This document shows, piece by piece, positions 26,945-39,203 of a stretch of DNA of 64,000 bases; the stretch's first letter is position 1; each line of letters opens with the position of its first letter. Origin of the DNA: Camelus dromedarius (lineage: Eukaryota); contig NC_087438.1 of NCBI RefSeq assembly GCF_036321535.1, positions 14,324,001-14,388,000 of the forward strand, read 5' to 3'. The translations under genes and the position numbers were made by a program. The notes under the pieces are model-generated. The model did not search any database and was not told the DNA's origin. It worked only from the letters and a program-made list of their open reading frames with translations.

Positions 26945-28634
26945 TCTTTTAGTATTATTATATAATGTAGATAATTAGGTTGGGATCATCATTAAGTGAG
27001 AGAGAGAGAGGGAGAGATCACGGCAAGCATACATGTTACCTCTCAATCTTTAGACTTTCTCCTGGTGAGGTTGCCATGGACATATCTTTGGGGAAACAAA
27101 TAATGTATTTTCTAGCACCGAAGCTTAGAAATGTGAGAATTTCTCCTACATGGAACCCATATGTGAATACTTATCTACCAAATTATATGATGTACAAAAT
27201 TAATGCTTGCTTACTTTTGTTCTTGTTAACCTTGGATTAACTATAGACATATGTGCTAGAGTTTCCACTTAACAAAATCTACCAAATGATAGCCATGGGT
27301 GCTTTTAACCATTTGGCCTACATTTTAGTAATTATACCATTTTAGTTACACTTGAAAATACTAAATGTCTTTTCAAGGATTACTTCAATGACCTTTAGAA
27401 ATGTGTTTTATGAATATGAAATATGAGACCAACATCTTTAGCTAATATTTATATTAATTTCACATGCAAGAAAGTGGTGGAATAATGAAAAATAATCGAG
27501 AATCTGCAACATTGAAAATGCATTTGTATTTTTCCTTATGAAATCTATTTATTCACAGCAAAGCAGAAAGATGTTTACAAAAGTTATCTTCCTTAGAATA
27601 AAAGCCTAAATTGCATGCAGATTTGCCTTTTAATTTTTTTCCAGTACTTTGATGTCTCAAATTAAGAATAAAAGATTCCTATTTTTATTAATTAGCAGCC
27701 AACAATTGGGTTATGTCATTAATTTTTTTTAATCTCTTTTGGTCATTATTTTCAAGTGCTTAAATACTAGCAAAATGGTTTCAAGCAATAATGATATTTA
27801 CATTAATTGTGGTTGAAACAATAGTGACAGTTTTCTTCTCTAATTCCCTCTATTTTATTAAACCATATATACAGTTTTCCTTTCTTGAGAAAAGAAACCA
27901 GCAAAGTACAGCTAATTTCTTACTTTTGTACATAAGATTTTTTTTTTCTCTTCCTTGATTCCAGGAACACTTGTGCTTTCTGCCTTGAATCAAAAGTTCA
28001 GAAGAACTCCTAGCTAATGTATAGACATTTTGTTTGGAAACAGGCTCAGTAGAGGAGATTCATCCAACAACATTTTTCTTTTCTTTTTTTGGACAGAATT
28101 AGATAGACGTTCACCAGCAGTTTCTCTTCTTTAAGAGCATAGGGAAATTGCAATCTGCAAGCCACTTTTGCAGTTTGGGTGGGCCTATGTCACTATTACG
28201 ACGAAATCAATATGGACAGGAGTGATATAAAATTCTTCTAATCCTGACCCTTAGAATCATTCTGCACATTCTGTATCTATCCAAACGTTGATGGCAAAGA
28301 AGTCCAAGATGGGGAAGCTGCTCAATGGAATACGCCTGTTTGCCTGAGTCACCCCTTGAAGGAAAGCTGTCCTAGAAGATAGGCTTATATACATCACCCT
28401 CCAAGGTGAGAAAGGAATATATTTCAAATAGATTAAACCATGGAGATATGGAGATTTATCTCTCTGCAGCTAACTAACTAATAAAGCGTTTGCTGCATGT
28501 TAGCCACTTTTCTAGAAGCTGTATGTTTACATATGGCGAAACAATCAGATAATTACCAGGTATATGGAAATAATGTAATATCTAAGCCTGAATTCACTAG
28601 TGCCCCTTGCTAAAAAATGCAGCCATTATAAATA

Positions 28635-28874
28635 CAGTTAACCCTTGAATAACGTGTGGTTAGGGGCCACAACCTTCCCTGCAGTCGAAAATCTGCGTAC
28701 AACTTACAGTTGGCCCTCAGTATCCATGAGTCCTCCTTATCCACAATCCATGGTTCCACATTCATGGATTCAACCAACTGTGGGTCATGTTGTACTGCAG
28801 TATTTACCATTGAAAAAAACCTGTGTATAAGTGGACACACATAGTTCAAATCTGTGTTGTTCAAGGGTCAACTA
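28635..28874. mobile_element. Tigger2-family MITE (MER8-like)
   Basis: TIRs cagttaacccttgaataac / gttgttcaagggtcaacta, with TA on both sides (28633-34 and 28875-76). Confidence 0.92.
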
Positions 28875-29341
28875 TAATTAGAAGATTCAAGATCAGTTTC
28901 TCTCTATTATCAGAGCAACAGAGATTATAGTTAGTAGAGAATCGTAGTTATTTCTTACTTTAAAGGAAAAGGTAATTACTTAGGGTTGCATGGATAGTTA
29001 TTAACTAAGAACTGAGTTCTTGCTCTGACAGGCAAAAAATTCAAATAGAACTTAGTGTCACAGAAATCACCTTAGTGAAGGAAATAGTTTACAGAAAATT
29101 TATACTTGAAACTTTAACTGATGTTAACCTTTACCCCTTGTTATATTTGCTATAATTTTGACCTAAATATATTTTCTCTTAGGGCATGTTGCTATTCATT
29201 GCTATTCATTGACATGGTAGTATATCATCAACACTCATATAATTAGCCAAATGTATGAAGAATTAATACTGCTTTACTGACTAGCTATAACTATAGTAAA
29301 TTAGTAAATATGTAAGTATAATTTAATTATATTGTAATAGT

Positions 29342-29903
29342 TGTCTGGGAGGAAGAATTTTTCCTCTACCCTTCTAGGTTCTTCTGCATGGTCTAAGAAC
29401 TAAATTGACATGAGAGAGATGAACAGGAGAAAAATCAAACAGAAGTTTAACAACATTTATACATGGAAGAGACTCAGGAGGACTAAGTAATTCACCAAGA
29501 CAGCCAGTGCTCTCACCTTAAATACACTCTTCAGCTAAAAAACAAAAGAGGATGTCAAGGGATAGTGGTCTAGAACTTCAAAGGGGAGAGAGATAAATGA
29601 CATGGAGATGGATAAACAGATGTTTGTGAAACAAATGTTTGCTGCATGCAGGGACAACGGGACACACAGTGGACTCATCTCTAGGCTCTACCAAGTTCTC
29701 CCCATCACACATGCCCCAGATTCTTTGCAGGTATCTCTTTTGCTAGCTCTAGTCCTGGAACAGGCTCCCTGCCTAAATCTTTCCAGGCAGTTAGGGGGAA
29801 GATCAAAGTGTCTTTCTGAGTCTTTTGAGCCTCGATTACTTCCAGCTCAAAATACTCTGTATGCCAAAGAGACAGCTTGGGGTGGCAAATTTTACTCTCT
29901 TAA
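29342..29903 (-). mobile_element. ERV1 solo LTR, MER34/MER39(LTR39)-like
   Basis: Reverse complement begins gagagtaaaatttgccaccccaagctgtctctttggcata, homologous to the start of the 26381 LTR, and ends gtagaggaaaaattcttcctcccagaca. Confidence 0.8.
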
Positions 29904-31634
29904 AAGTTAATATTAAAAAAAAAAAAATTCTTCATCATGCAAATTATTTATATTCTCTCTCTCCCAACACACACATACATGCCTATGTCCTTTGTTGTTG
30001 GCTGAAATTTTGATGATATAAAATTATACTTGTGGGAAATTTTCAAACTGAACTGTGGTTCAGGTACTGCAAATATTATTTTTAGCACAATTTGAAAATT
30101 TGCCGCAGGACTGAGAGTCCATTGTGATTAAATTCTTTCTATTGATTTTTTATATCAAAATTCTTATGCAAAGCAGGCTGTGTTGCCTTAAAATAAGACA
30201 TAATATAGTCATTGGAGACTTGTTTCTTGTTCTTGGAGAACTCGTTTTTTTGTTCTTACAGCAAAAGTGAATACACATGTTTCTAATATGCTAATGATAT
30301 TTTAACAAATTCTTCATTTTGGTAAATAGTAATATTTTAAAAGATTTTATTTCAGAATGCTCCTGAATTCCAAGTCATTGAAAGAATTATATGCACACTC
30401 CCCAATCTTGTACCCTCTTATTTTCAGCCAACATATTAGTCCTTAGTTTTTCTCTTTTGTTTTCTATCTGTAAAAAAAAAAAAGTGTTTTCAGTTTGCAA
30501 CTTTATTTAAAGCCCTTTGTATTCAAAACATGCAACATTTCTCTCCCCACCTCAAAACAAAAACAACAAACCATTTCACACTTCTCCTGGCAGAATGATT
30601 GCATTCTGATGCCAAGTGTCTGATTTCAGAATTTAGCTGTGATACACAAGGCATGACAATAAAGTAATGAGAATGGCTTTAAGAAATGTAGCTCTTGTAG
30701 CTCTGATCAAAGTATTTCAATAAAAGGCATTTCAAAAAATGTCATTAGCAATTGCAACCTCGTGGGTTAGCTAGAAAATAATAAGGTCAGTGCAAAAGCT
30801 TTCATGAAGCTTTCCTGTCAAAACAGTAAGAGAAATAAGAACTTACGTAAGACACATAAATAATCACAATATTAATTTCTGAGGGAAATATTTAAGACGG
30901 GAGTAGAAGTTGGAGCAGCCAGTCCAGAGAGAAGCTGAGAACATATACAGACAGGAGATGCAGGAAACAGGGAGATGGTCAATGTAGAACGAGTTTAATG
31001 AGAAGAAATTTAGGTAAAAAGAAACTTTTTAAAGAGAGTTTTCCAAAATTCTTCTCATATGTTATATATGTATGATATAATCTTGATGTTTTCCCCTAGA
31101 AAGGTCTTTAGTTAAGAGCTAAATTATTATTAATGGCTGCTTGGAATTGCATTGTCTCATTTTGGTTTGTTCCTGCTTGATTTTGTTGTTGTTTTACATT
31201 GTTTTAGAAGCATCCATGTGTTGTACATCCTCTAAGTGGGGAGCTCTTGGCTCCAGCTATATTCAAGATGGTCAACTAATCCATTATTTGAATCAAGAAG
31301 AGTAGAAGTTGTAGCAGCCATTCTGACAAATAATCTGTTTCTAAAAAATAACCTTGAGTATTTTTAGAAATAAAGAATATCACCCCAATTTGCACCCCCA
31401 GCCCAACAGTATAATAGTCCTGGGGTGGTATTAAACAACCCTTCCTCCGCTGCTGTCACCCCAACCTGCTATCAAAATATAATTCGAAGAACAAAGAGAA
31501 ACCACAAGAAGATCATTGCAAAACCCTTGTGCAGTTAGAGGTTTGGACAAAGATAAACTCAGAGGAATCTTCTGCTAAAGAGGGTCTTTCTAATGAATAT
31601 TCTGGGATCATTTAAATTCAACATTAAGAATGAA

Positions 31635-32520
31635 GATGATTATTCAGCACCAGCCACTGCTTTAGGTGCTCTGATATGACAGAGAACAAACCAGACCAAG
31701 TTCTACTCTTATGGAATTTTCTTTCCAATTAGAGAAATTCTAAACAATAAACAAATGCAGAAACGAGTATCTTGTAAGGAGAATATGGGTATAAAGTAGT
31801 AAGACACTTGGTAAAGCGTGATGATGGAGTTAGTGGTGGAAGTCAGGGAACTAAAAGGAATGAGGCAGGGAGCCTTGCAGATGTGAAAAACCAATTAAGA
31901 GAAACCTCAATTAAATAGAGTTGGGATACCAGAGGGGGAGCTCCCCTACCTTGCTACCAAAGCAGAGCCCCACAGGAAGAAGGAAGACTCCTCTTCTTTC
32001 CTGGCAAGAACTCAGCTGGTGAAGAACCATGACTCTTTGTTGACCGCGGACCTCCCAACTGACTTGTCCTCTCTGTAAAAGTGCTCCCCTTCCCTGGCCT
32101 TCAGGGCCTTGCGTGTGGCTCACCATGGTGGGAGACCCTGAATTCCAATTTCCTACTGATTCTGGATAACTCCATCTTTGCTGGAGAAATATCTGGTGGC
32201 CTATTTATTTCCGGTCAACACAGGCATGTAGAGTATGGTCAAAGCACACAGAAGTAGCAACAAGAGGTCGGCAGGTTATGAGAACATGGAGGAATTCAGG
32301 GTAGATGGGGTGTAATGGAAAAAAAGGGGAGACTGATGCAAGGAGAGGAAATTGAGGCAGCAGATCACACTGACCTGGTATGCCAGGCTCAGGGCTTTCA
32401 CACTTAGTGACCTTCAGGCTTTTAAAGAGAAGAGTGAACTGAATTGGATTAACCCTTAGAAGGATTGTTCTGAGTGCAACAGCTTAGGGGAGGTCAAGTT
32501 AGAAGAAGGAGGTTCAGTTT
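31635..32520 (-). mobile_element. LINE-2 fragment interrupted by an LTR
   Basis: actgctttaggtgctctgatatgacagagaacaaaccagacc... on the left and ...cttagaaggattgttctgagtgc on the right flank the LTR. Confidence 0.6.
31882..32220 (+). mobile_element. Short ERV1-type solo LTR
   Basis: tgtgaaaaacc...ccggtcaaca termini, 4-bp flanks caga/cagg, GC-richer than its surroundings. Confidence 0.7.
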
Positions 32521-33916
32521 TTATAGCTCAACAGACGGGATAACACTTTACATTTTGCTAATAACAGCACAACTAACCCACTTTAATTTTATCTTTCTAA
32601 ATTACTTATTTTCTAATATTCCATGAAATTAATGGTTGCCGGAAACTCAGCAGAAAAGTGACAAAAAAGAAATGATACGTTCATTTTGACTTGACAAATG
32701 GGAGAAGATAAAATACTGCCTGCATTTCACTCAAGCCCACACTTGGAAACGGGAATTTAATGGAGAAAATGAGCTGTTCAGCTACAGATCTGAAAAACCA
32801 TTTTGGCAGAGAAATCAGCAACTTTTCCAGAAGGAAAGGTAGCTGTGGAACTGTTTATAAAAATAGAATAAGAAAAAGAAATATGTTTTAAACACTATTA
32901 AATTGGACCTGAAAAATAAAACCTTTTAAACATACCTAGATTTTGCTAAAATCATATGTCACTTGGAGAAAAGCTTTTTTTTTCCCTTAATGACTGGTTT
33001 CTTAGTACAGTACAGTAGAAGGGTATCTGATTTGATTTCTTTTCAACTTTATCATTTAATCAAATATATCTTACACTTAAATTTATAGGCATAATACTGA
33101 AGCATAACTAACAAGTCTTTTATACTCATGTTTACCTCTGGAGCCATCAGTTCATACTTCATCCAAATAGGCTTACCAATTAAAGCACAAAACATCATTC
33201 TCTGATTTGACCTCTTTTTTTTTTTTGATTTGACCTCATTTCAAATTATTTGCAGTGATAAACAAGACATACCAAGAAAAATGAAATGTGACTAATTTCC
33301 CCTCAATTACTTCTAAAAAGCAACTTCAGTCAAAAGCTGGAGGTGGAAAATATGCTTCATCTTAATGAGATTTTATTAAGATTACTTGTTTACTTGTGCC
33401 AGTCAAATTTGACCTTTATAATACAGTATTTGTTTAGATCTAGTGGAGATAAATTGAGTGCACTGATTCTAAATTGAAGATCTATTAAGTAATAAGTAGG
33501 ATGTAGTTTTATAATCACCTTCAGGTTATAAACAACATTTACCACAAGATCAAAACATGTTGACTTAGAAGAAGCAAATGCAAATTAAAATGGGAGAGAT
33601 TTTAGAAATGCAGTGAAGAGAATTACAAGCGCTGATGCTATTAAGAATTTTTAAATATGTCTAGTTTCTTTTGATTAACTGGTGATTATTATCTAGAATA
33701 CTTATCCAACAAAACGTTTATGACATTTCATGAAACACATTGAAGCATTTTTGGTTTAGTAGATAACAATATTTAAGCCACAGGTATTTAGATTTCTTTA
33801 AGGAATAACTAGAATGATCACCAGTTTTTTCCTTGCGCTTTTGGTTTTTAATTTACTATTTGAAGTGAAGGAAAATAAATGTTTCTCCTCTGATGTCAAG
33901 TTTGAGGCCACAGGAA

Positions 33917-33957
<41 letters not shown>

Positions 33958-33964
33958 CGCGCGT
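33917..33964. repeat. (TG)n(CG)n alternating purine-pyrimidine tract
   Basis: About (TG)17 followed by cgcgcacgcgcgt. Confidence 0.95.
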
Positions 33965-35689
33965 TGAGAGTGTATGTTAATAGGACTGTTGCTAATTCCT
34001 CTGTAATCCTAATTCATTATTTTATGCAAATAATTCCCAGAAAGTATCATCTTATTAAGAATTAGAAAAAATGAATGTCATCATTATAGGGTGGTATGTC
34101 AGCAAGTTGAAAAAGTATAACACTACATTAGAAATGAAGTCATAGGAAAGTTTTGTAAGATTATTTTATTATAAAATATTTTTTGGAAAAATTAATGTTG
34201 AGAGACTAAAGCAATTATGTGATGGTACTCCAATTGTGTTTAAGAGACAATTTAAATAATATGAACAGAAGGGTTCATGTCAAATACTTAGAGGTGTCTA
34301 TTAACTATTCTTGAAGTAGCTTTACTTGCATTTTTTATAAATATAAAGAGAAGTAGATTTTTAAACACTACCATTTCACTATTTAATGTAGCTTCTGTGA
34401 AATATTTACTAAATGTACCTGTTTTAATAATAAAATTTTAAAAATATTTGGAAATCTAAACTAACTCCATGTCAACTTTAAGATAACATCCAAACAATTT
34501 AGTATGTTATTCAAGGCTTCTGTGTACCTCTCTAGAATTGTCTTCTAAAATTTACAAGTAGTACCATCATATTGATTAAAGTATAGTTTAAAAATATAAA
34601 TAAAAATATGAAGCTAAAAAAAAAGTTTCTATCTTTAAACCTTTGTTTCTCAAGGGAAAAATGCACTTTCTTGTCTTCCCATGTGACTAGTGGCTCAGAC
34701 TGCTAAGTCCTTCAATCCTTCAATACTGCAAGCAAATATAACCATACCGTCCCAGGTGGAACTACTTAGCTTCTCCATATTGTTCCACCCTGAGCTGAGT
34801 ACACACACCGGGTTCCAGAGTGCACTGTCTGACAATTATTTGTGTTGTAATAATCATTTTCCCCTTTTACATACTAAACATTAATTTATAATTATCCAAT
34901 GAACAAATCAATCAATAAATGATCAGTAGAGAGCTCTCAAATATTGTATGAGACTATTTCTCACACCTATGCTCTACATACTGGGATCACAATGTCTCAA
35001 TTTGAGATTGGAAATGATCAGACATCCACCTCCGTTCTGAAGCATCACTGCACGTGGCCTCCCATTTCTGATCCTGTAAATACTCTGGCAGAGTCCATGA
35101 AAATCGGGAGCATTGGCTTATACTTCTGGACCAATTTAATTATTAGGAAAAACTTCCCTTTGCTGAAATCACTTCACTTTTGTCTCTACACTGCTTTGAA
35201 ACAAAATTTGAGACAAGGTTTTGCAGTTCAACTGGTTCCTTCAACACTGAGATATCTCCTTTATATACATGAGGGCATTTCTTAAGCATACCTGAAACAC
35301 ATCTGTGATAGATATCCCTGCGCAGTGTCCTTCCACTCAACAACTGAATTAATAGCCCTATCATCAATTTACTCAATTTGAACTCTAACCACAGTTTAAA
35401 TATCTGTTTATGAGTCTTATCTGTCTTACTTAAGTTTGGTCTTCACTAAAGCTCCAGAAAAATACTCCATCTCTCTCTCTATTTTTCTATATGTCTATCT
35501 CTCTTTCTATCCATCATCTATCTACTGATCATCAGTCTATTGAAAGAATCATTGAATAGATGAAGTCAGAGAGAAAATGGACAGAAATTGTAAGATGCAG
35601 AAGAGCATATATTAACTTTTTTAAGGCAAAATATGTTAATAGAAAACTAGGTTAATTTACAGTAAACCAAAGCATGAGCTTTAAGCAAA

Positions 35690-35830
35690 TATTCATTCTT
35701 TAACTAAACATTTATTTCACAACTACTACTATGCCAGACACTGAGCTAGATGCTGTTGATAAATCAGGGAAAGAACCTCATATAATATGAAAAAATACAG
35801 TTATTGACCATGGAAGTATACATGTGATAA
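35690..35830 (-). mobile_element. LINE-2 3' end fragment
   Basis: attcattctttaactaaacatttatt...ctactatgccagacactgagctagatgctg is the antisense L2 tail. Confidence 0.7.
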
Positions 35831-37968
35831 GTAGCTAGTGATTTTTATTATATTTCTTTCATTGCTACAGCATAAGTGTCATCCTACTAATGCAATACAT
35901 TCAGGTCTTCTTGGGCAGGCCCTATGTTATTCCTGATTATTTCACATAAAAAAGAGTAGTCTGAACGGTATTAATGAATCCAAAGTTGTTCTCGAAAAAT
36001 GGTTAGATCAGCTTTAGCCAATTATAAGCAAACAGACATTTTGATTGAAGAGAGTGTATTTCATCTACCTCTGTGATACTGTTTTTTCTTGGATTTCACC
36101 ATTCAGTATTCAATGATCATCACTTACACTCTATATTGATTGTCCTCCTGAAATTGCCATTCACATGGCAATTTTGGATTTTCATACAAACTTTGACAAA
36201 TATATTGAATTACACTTGAATGTCACTGTCCGTCAAACAAGTAAGTAGTTGGTATATCATCGCAAGCTTGGTCTGAACAGGAACACTGTGCATTCATGAA
36301 TGGGAATCCAGAAATACTCTCCCACCATCTCCACCCCTAATTTAGTCTAAAATATAAGGTCAATTGGGACATTTTAATGTTTTATCTGTGCAAAGCACAC
36401 TGTACGTGCAAGAAGAGAACATCGTTTATTTGTGAGATTTTGTATCATTCTCCCAGGTGTTTCTTCCAAAAAGCATTTATTTGTGAGAAAATTAATTACA
36501 ACTTGATTTAATTTGTAAGTTATTTCAAAACCCTTCTCAAGAGTTTCCAAGTCATTGATGCCTTAGGAAGGATTAAGTAAAATAAAATTAACTCACAGGA
36601 ATTTTTCATACTTGTTTTCTAACTAAAAAAGTAGAGCCTCATGACTTTAGCTGCTTTTTAATTAAAGCTTGTTTTTGTTGAAAACTATGCAAGCCCACAT
36701 GTTTGTTATGATTTGTATTCATACAGTAGATATTAACCACTCTTGTAAGAAAAATAAAAAACTTTCCATCTCAAAGAGAAAGATGAGAATGGGGGTGTCG
36801 AGCAGGTGCAAAACACAACCAGATGGAAATTATTACCCGTTAGCTTGCAATCAGCATCCTAGAAGAAAATACTTCAAAAACATGAAAAGCTACAGTTTTC
36901 TCTTCCTGCTACACAAGGCTAATATTGCACTCCTGCACTTAAATACACATCTCAGCAGGTCTCCAGCTACAGGAGGAAAATTCTGATGATCATACAGAAA
37001 ACAGAATCATTGAAAAAGTTCATGCTGAAAAGAAAGGCTGAATTTCTCCTTTTCTCCTGTTAGTAAGCTGCTGCAGATTGTTCTGGCATGTGAAATTAGC
37101 TTAAAAATTCAAAATAAAACAACAAAACTGAAGGTTCAAAAATGTTGTGTTAAGATCAGTCCTATCATGGTGTAGGCTGTACTTTTAATGAATCCTAAAT
37201 CTAACCTGAAAATAGGGTCCGTGGTTATCACTGTAACTTCACTGTCAGCAGAAGGCTTAGAAAAAGTATTGTTTACCCCTCACCCCTCCCACAATGAAGC
37301 ATGTAGAGATGGGAACTTCATTAGAAAAAAAGTGCAAGTGGAAAGGGTAAAATCATTTTTTGCATCCTTCTCCATGTTGTATAAGAATTTTCAAAGTAAT
37401 TTTGTTCCACATATTCCTGGGCTTATAGCCTCAGGAAATAATATCCATAAATATGCGGCTTTGTCACTAGCAAATATAATGCCTACAATTGGCTGGTTTA
37501 AACAGAGTCATTAGATGTGTGCCCTTGAAAGTTTAAGAAATCACTTTTCCTAGCTTGTCTTGCTGTTTCTCTGTGGCTCTTTGTGAAAAATATGAAGAAT
37601 ATGAGAATTCTGTTCACGGAATAATAGCGATTCCTCAGTAATGATCTACAAAATGTCATATTGCTCTGAATATCATCAGGTATTCAATAAAAAAGATAAC
37701 AGACACTTCATCTACTTCTTCTAAATATAGAGAAACTTAATCCCTAAAATCAAGAAAATTTTGGGATTCTAGAAATGTGTTTATTTGATACCCATGGTTT
37801 CCCTATATGTGGCTGCTTAATATTGAATTGCTATCTGCTTAATAATTGTCATTTAAATACCTCCATTTATAATGAGTTTCTCTAAATTAATTCCCTACTA
37901 TTGTTAACACTGTTTTAGGTGATTCTATGGAGGATATCAAATAACATAATATATAAGGTATATATCAA

Positions 37969-38301
37969 GATAGCGAAAACAAACTTATGGTTACCAAAGA
38001 GGAAACAGGGTGTGCGGAGGGATAAATTAGGAGTTTGGGATCAACAGATACACACTACTATATATAAAATAGATAAATAAAAGTTCCTACTGTATAGCAC
38101 AGGGAACCATATTCAATATTTTGTAAAAGCCTGCAATGGAAAATAATCTGAAAATGAAAATGTATATATATACGTATATATGAATCACTTTATTATATGC
38201 CAGAAACTAACGTATATATATGTATATATGAATCACTTTATTATATGCCAGAAACTAACAAACACAACATTGTAAATCAACTATACTTTAATTAAAAAAA
38301 A
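37969..38301 (+). mobile_element. 5'-truncated LINE-1 3' end (artiodactyl-type) with internal duplication
   Basis: gaaaacaaacttatggttaccaaag...gggataaattaggagtttggga...ctgtatagcacagggaac...cattgtaaatcaactatact followed by poly(A). Confidence 0.92.
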
Positions 38302-38778
38302 GTGACTTCCAAAACAAATACATATCAAATGCAAATGTTAGACCATTTTAAAACCAATTTATGCTTTGTGAGAATCTCAAGACAATTCTCTAATCCTACA
38401 TGAATAGAAGGTATTTATTCTCTACAATATGTCTGAAAAATTTATTTCTATACCACAAAGTATTTAATTGTGGAAATTACTACATATACTACTCTCCAAT
38501 CATCATAGAGTACTTTATATTCTTCTTTAATATTGAAAAATGAGGAGCCACTGAAATTTAACTATAGGTAAATAACATATCTTTGCTTATACAATCAAAT
38601 ATATAAATTCTATTTTGTATTCATATTCATTTTTATGTATTTATAGAAATTCAAATACTTTATTTTATAAAATATGTGAGGCCAACAGCCCACTGTAGTG
38701 CCACAAAACAGGTAACATTAAAGAACATACATGGGATGTATTATATAAAGAATATACATACATAAGGAAAACATACGA

Positions 38779-39203
38779 TGTAGTTAAGAGTGGAAAAAGA
38801 TGCTTCAAGGGTCCTGCATCAGTCTGGACAATGTGTCTCCCTGATCTCGACTGGGAGGAATTTAATTGATCAGTACTCGCAGCTGCTGCACTCTGAAATC
38901 CGCCCCACGCTGATGTTCGAGGACATAGTTCCTATGGTCCAGCCAATGCTGGAGAACAGGAAGGGGACAGAGGCATGCCTGCTTCTAAGGAAAACTCTGG
39001 CTCTTGAAAACTTAGTTGAAACTGAGAATTTAGGATCTTCCTTCCCTCTCTCTTTCACAGGGTTTCCACCTGTTCCTCAGAGGGTGACTCTCCCCAGCCC
39101 ATCCCCAGCTTTCCACTTTCCCTCACAGGCATTTCCCCCCTAAAATCTCTTGCATGTTTAATTCCATCTTGCCATCTGCTTCTTAGGGATCTAGACTAAC
39201 ATA
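38779..39203 (+). mobile_element. ERVL LTR, LTR16-like
   Basis: 3' end cctcacaggcatttccccctaaaatctcttgcatgtttaattccatcttgccatctgcttcttagggatctagactaaca. This element accounts for the 38790-39143 ORF. Confidence 0.75.

Noticed and set aside
36425..36488. 13-bp direct repeat tttatttgtgaga flanking 38 bp
   Set aside because: AT-rich, and the enclosed sequence has no clear poly(A) or TE identity, so it cannot be called a TSD.
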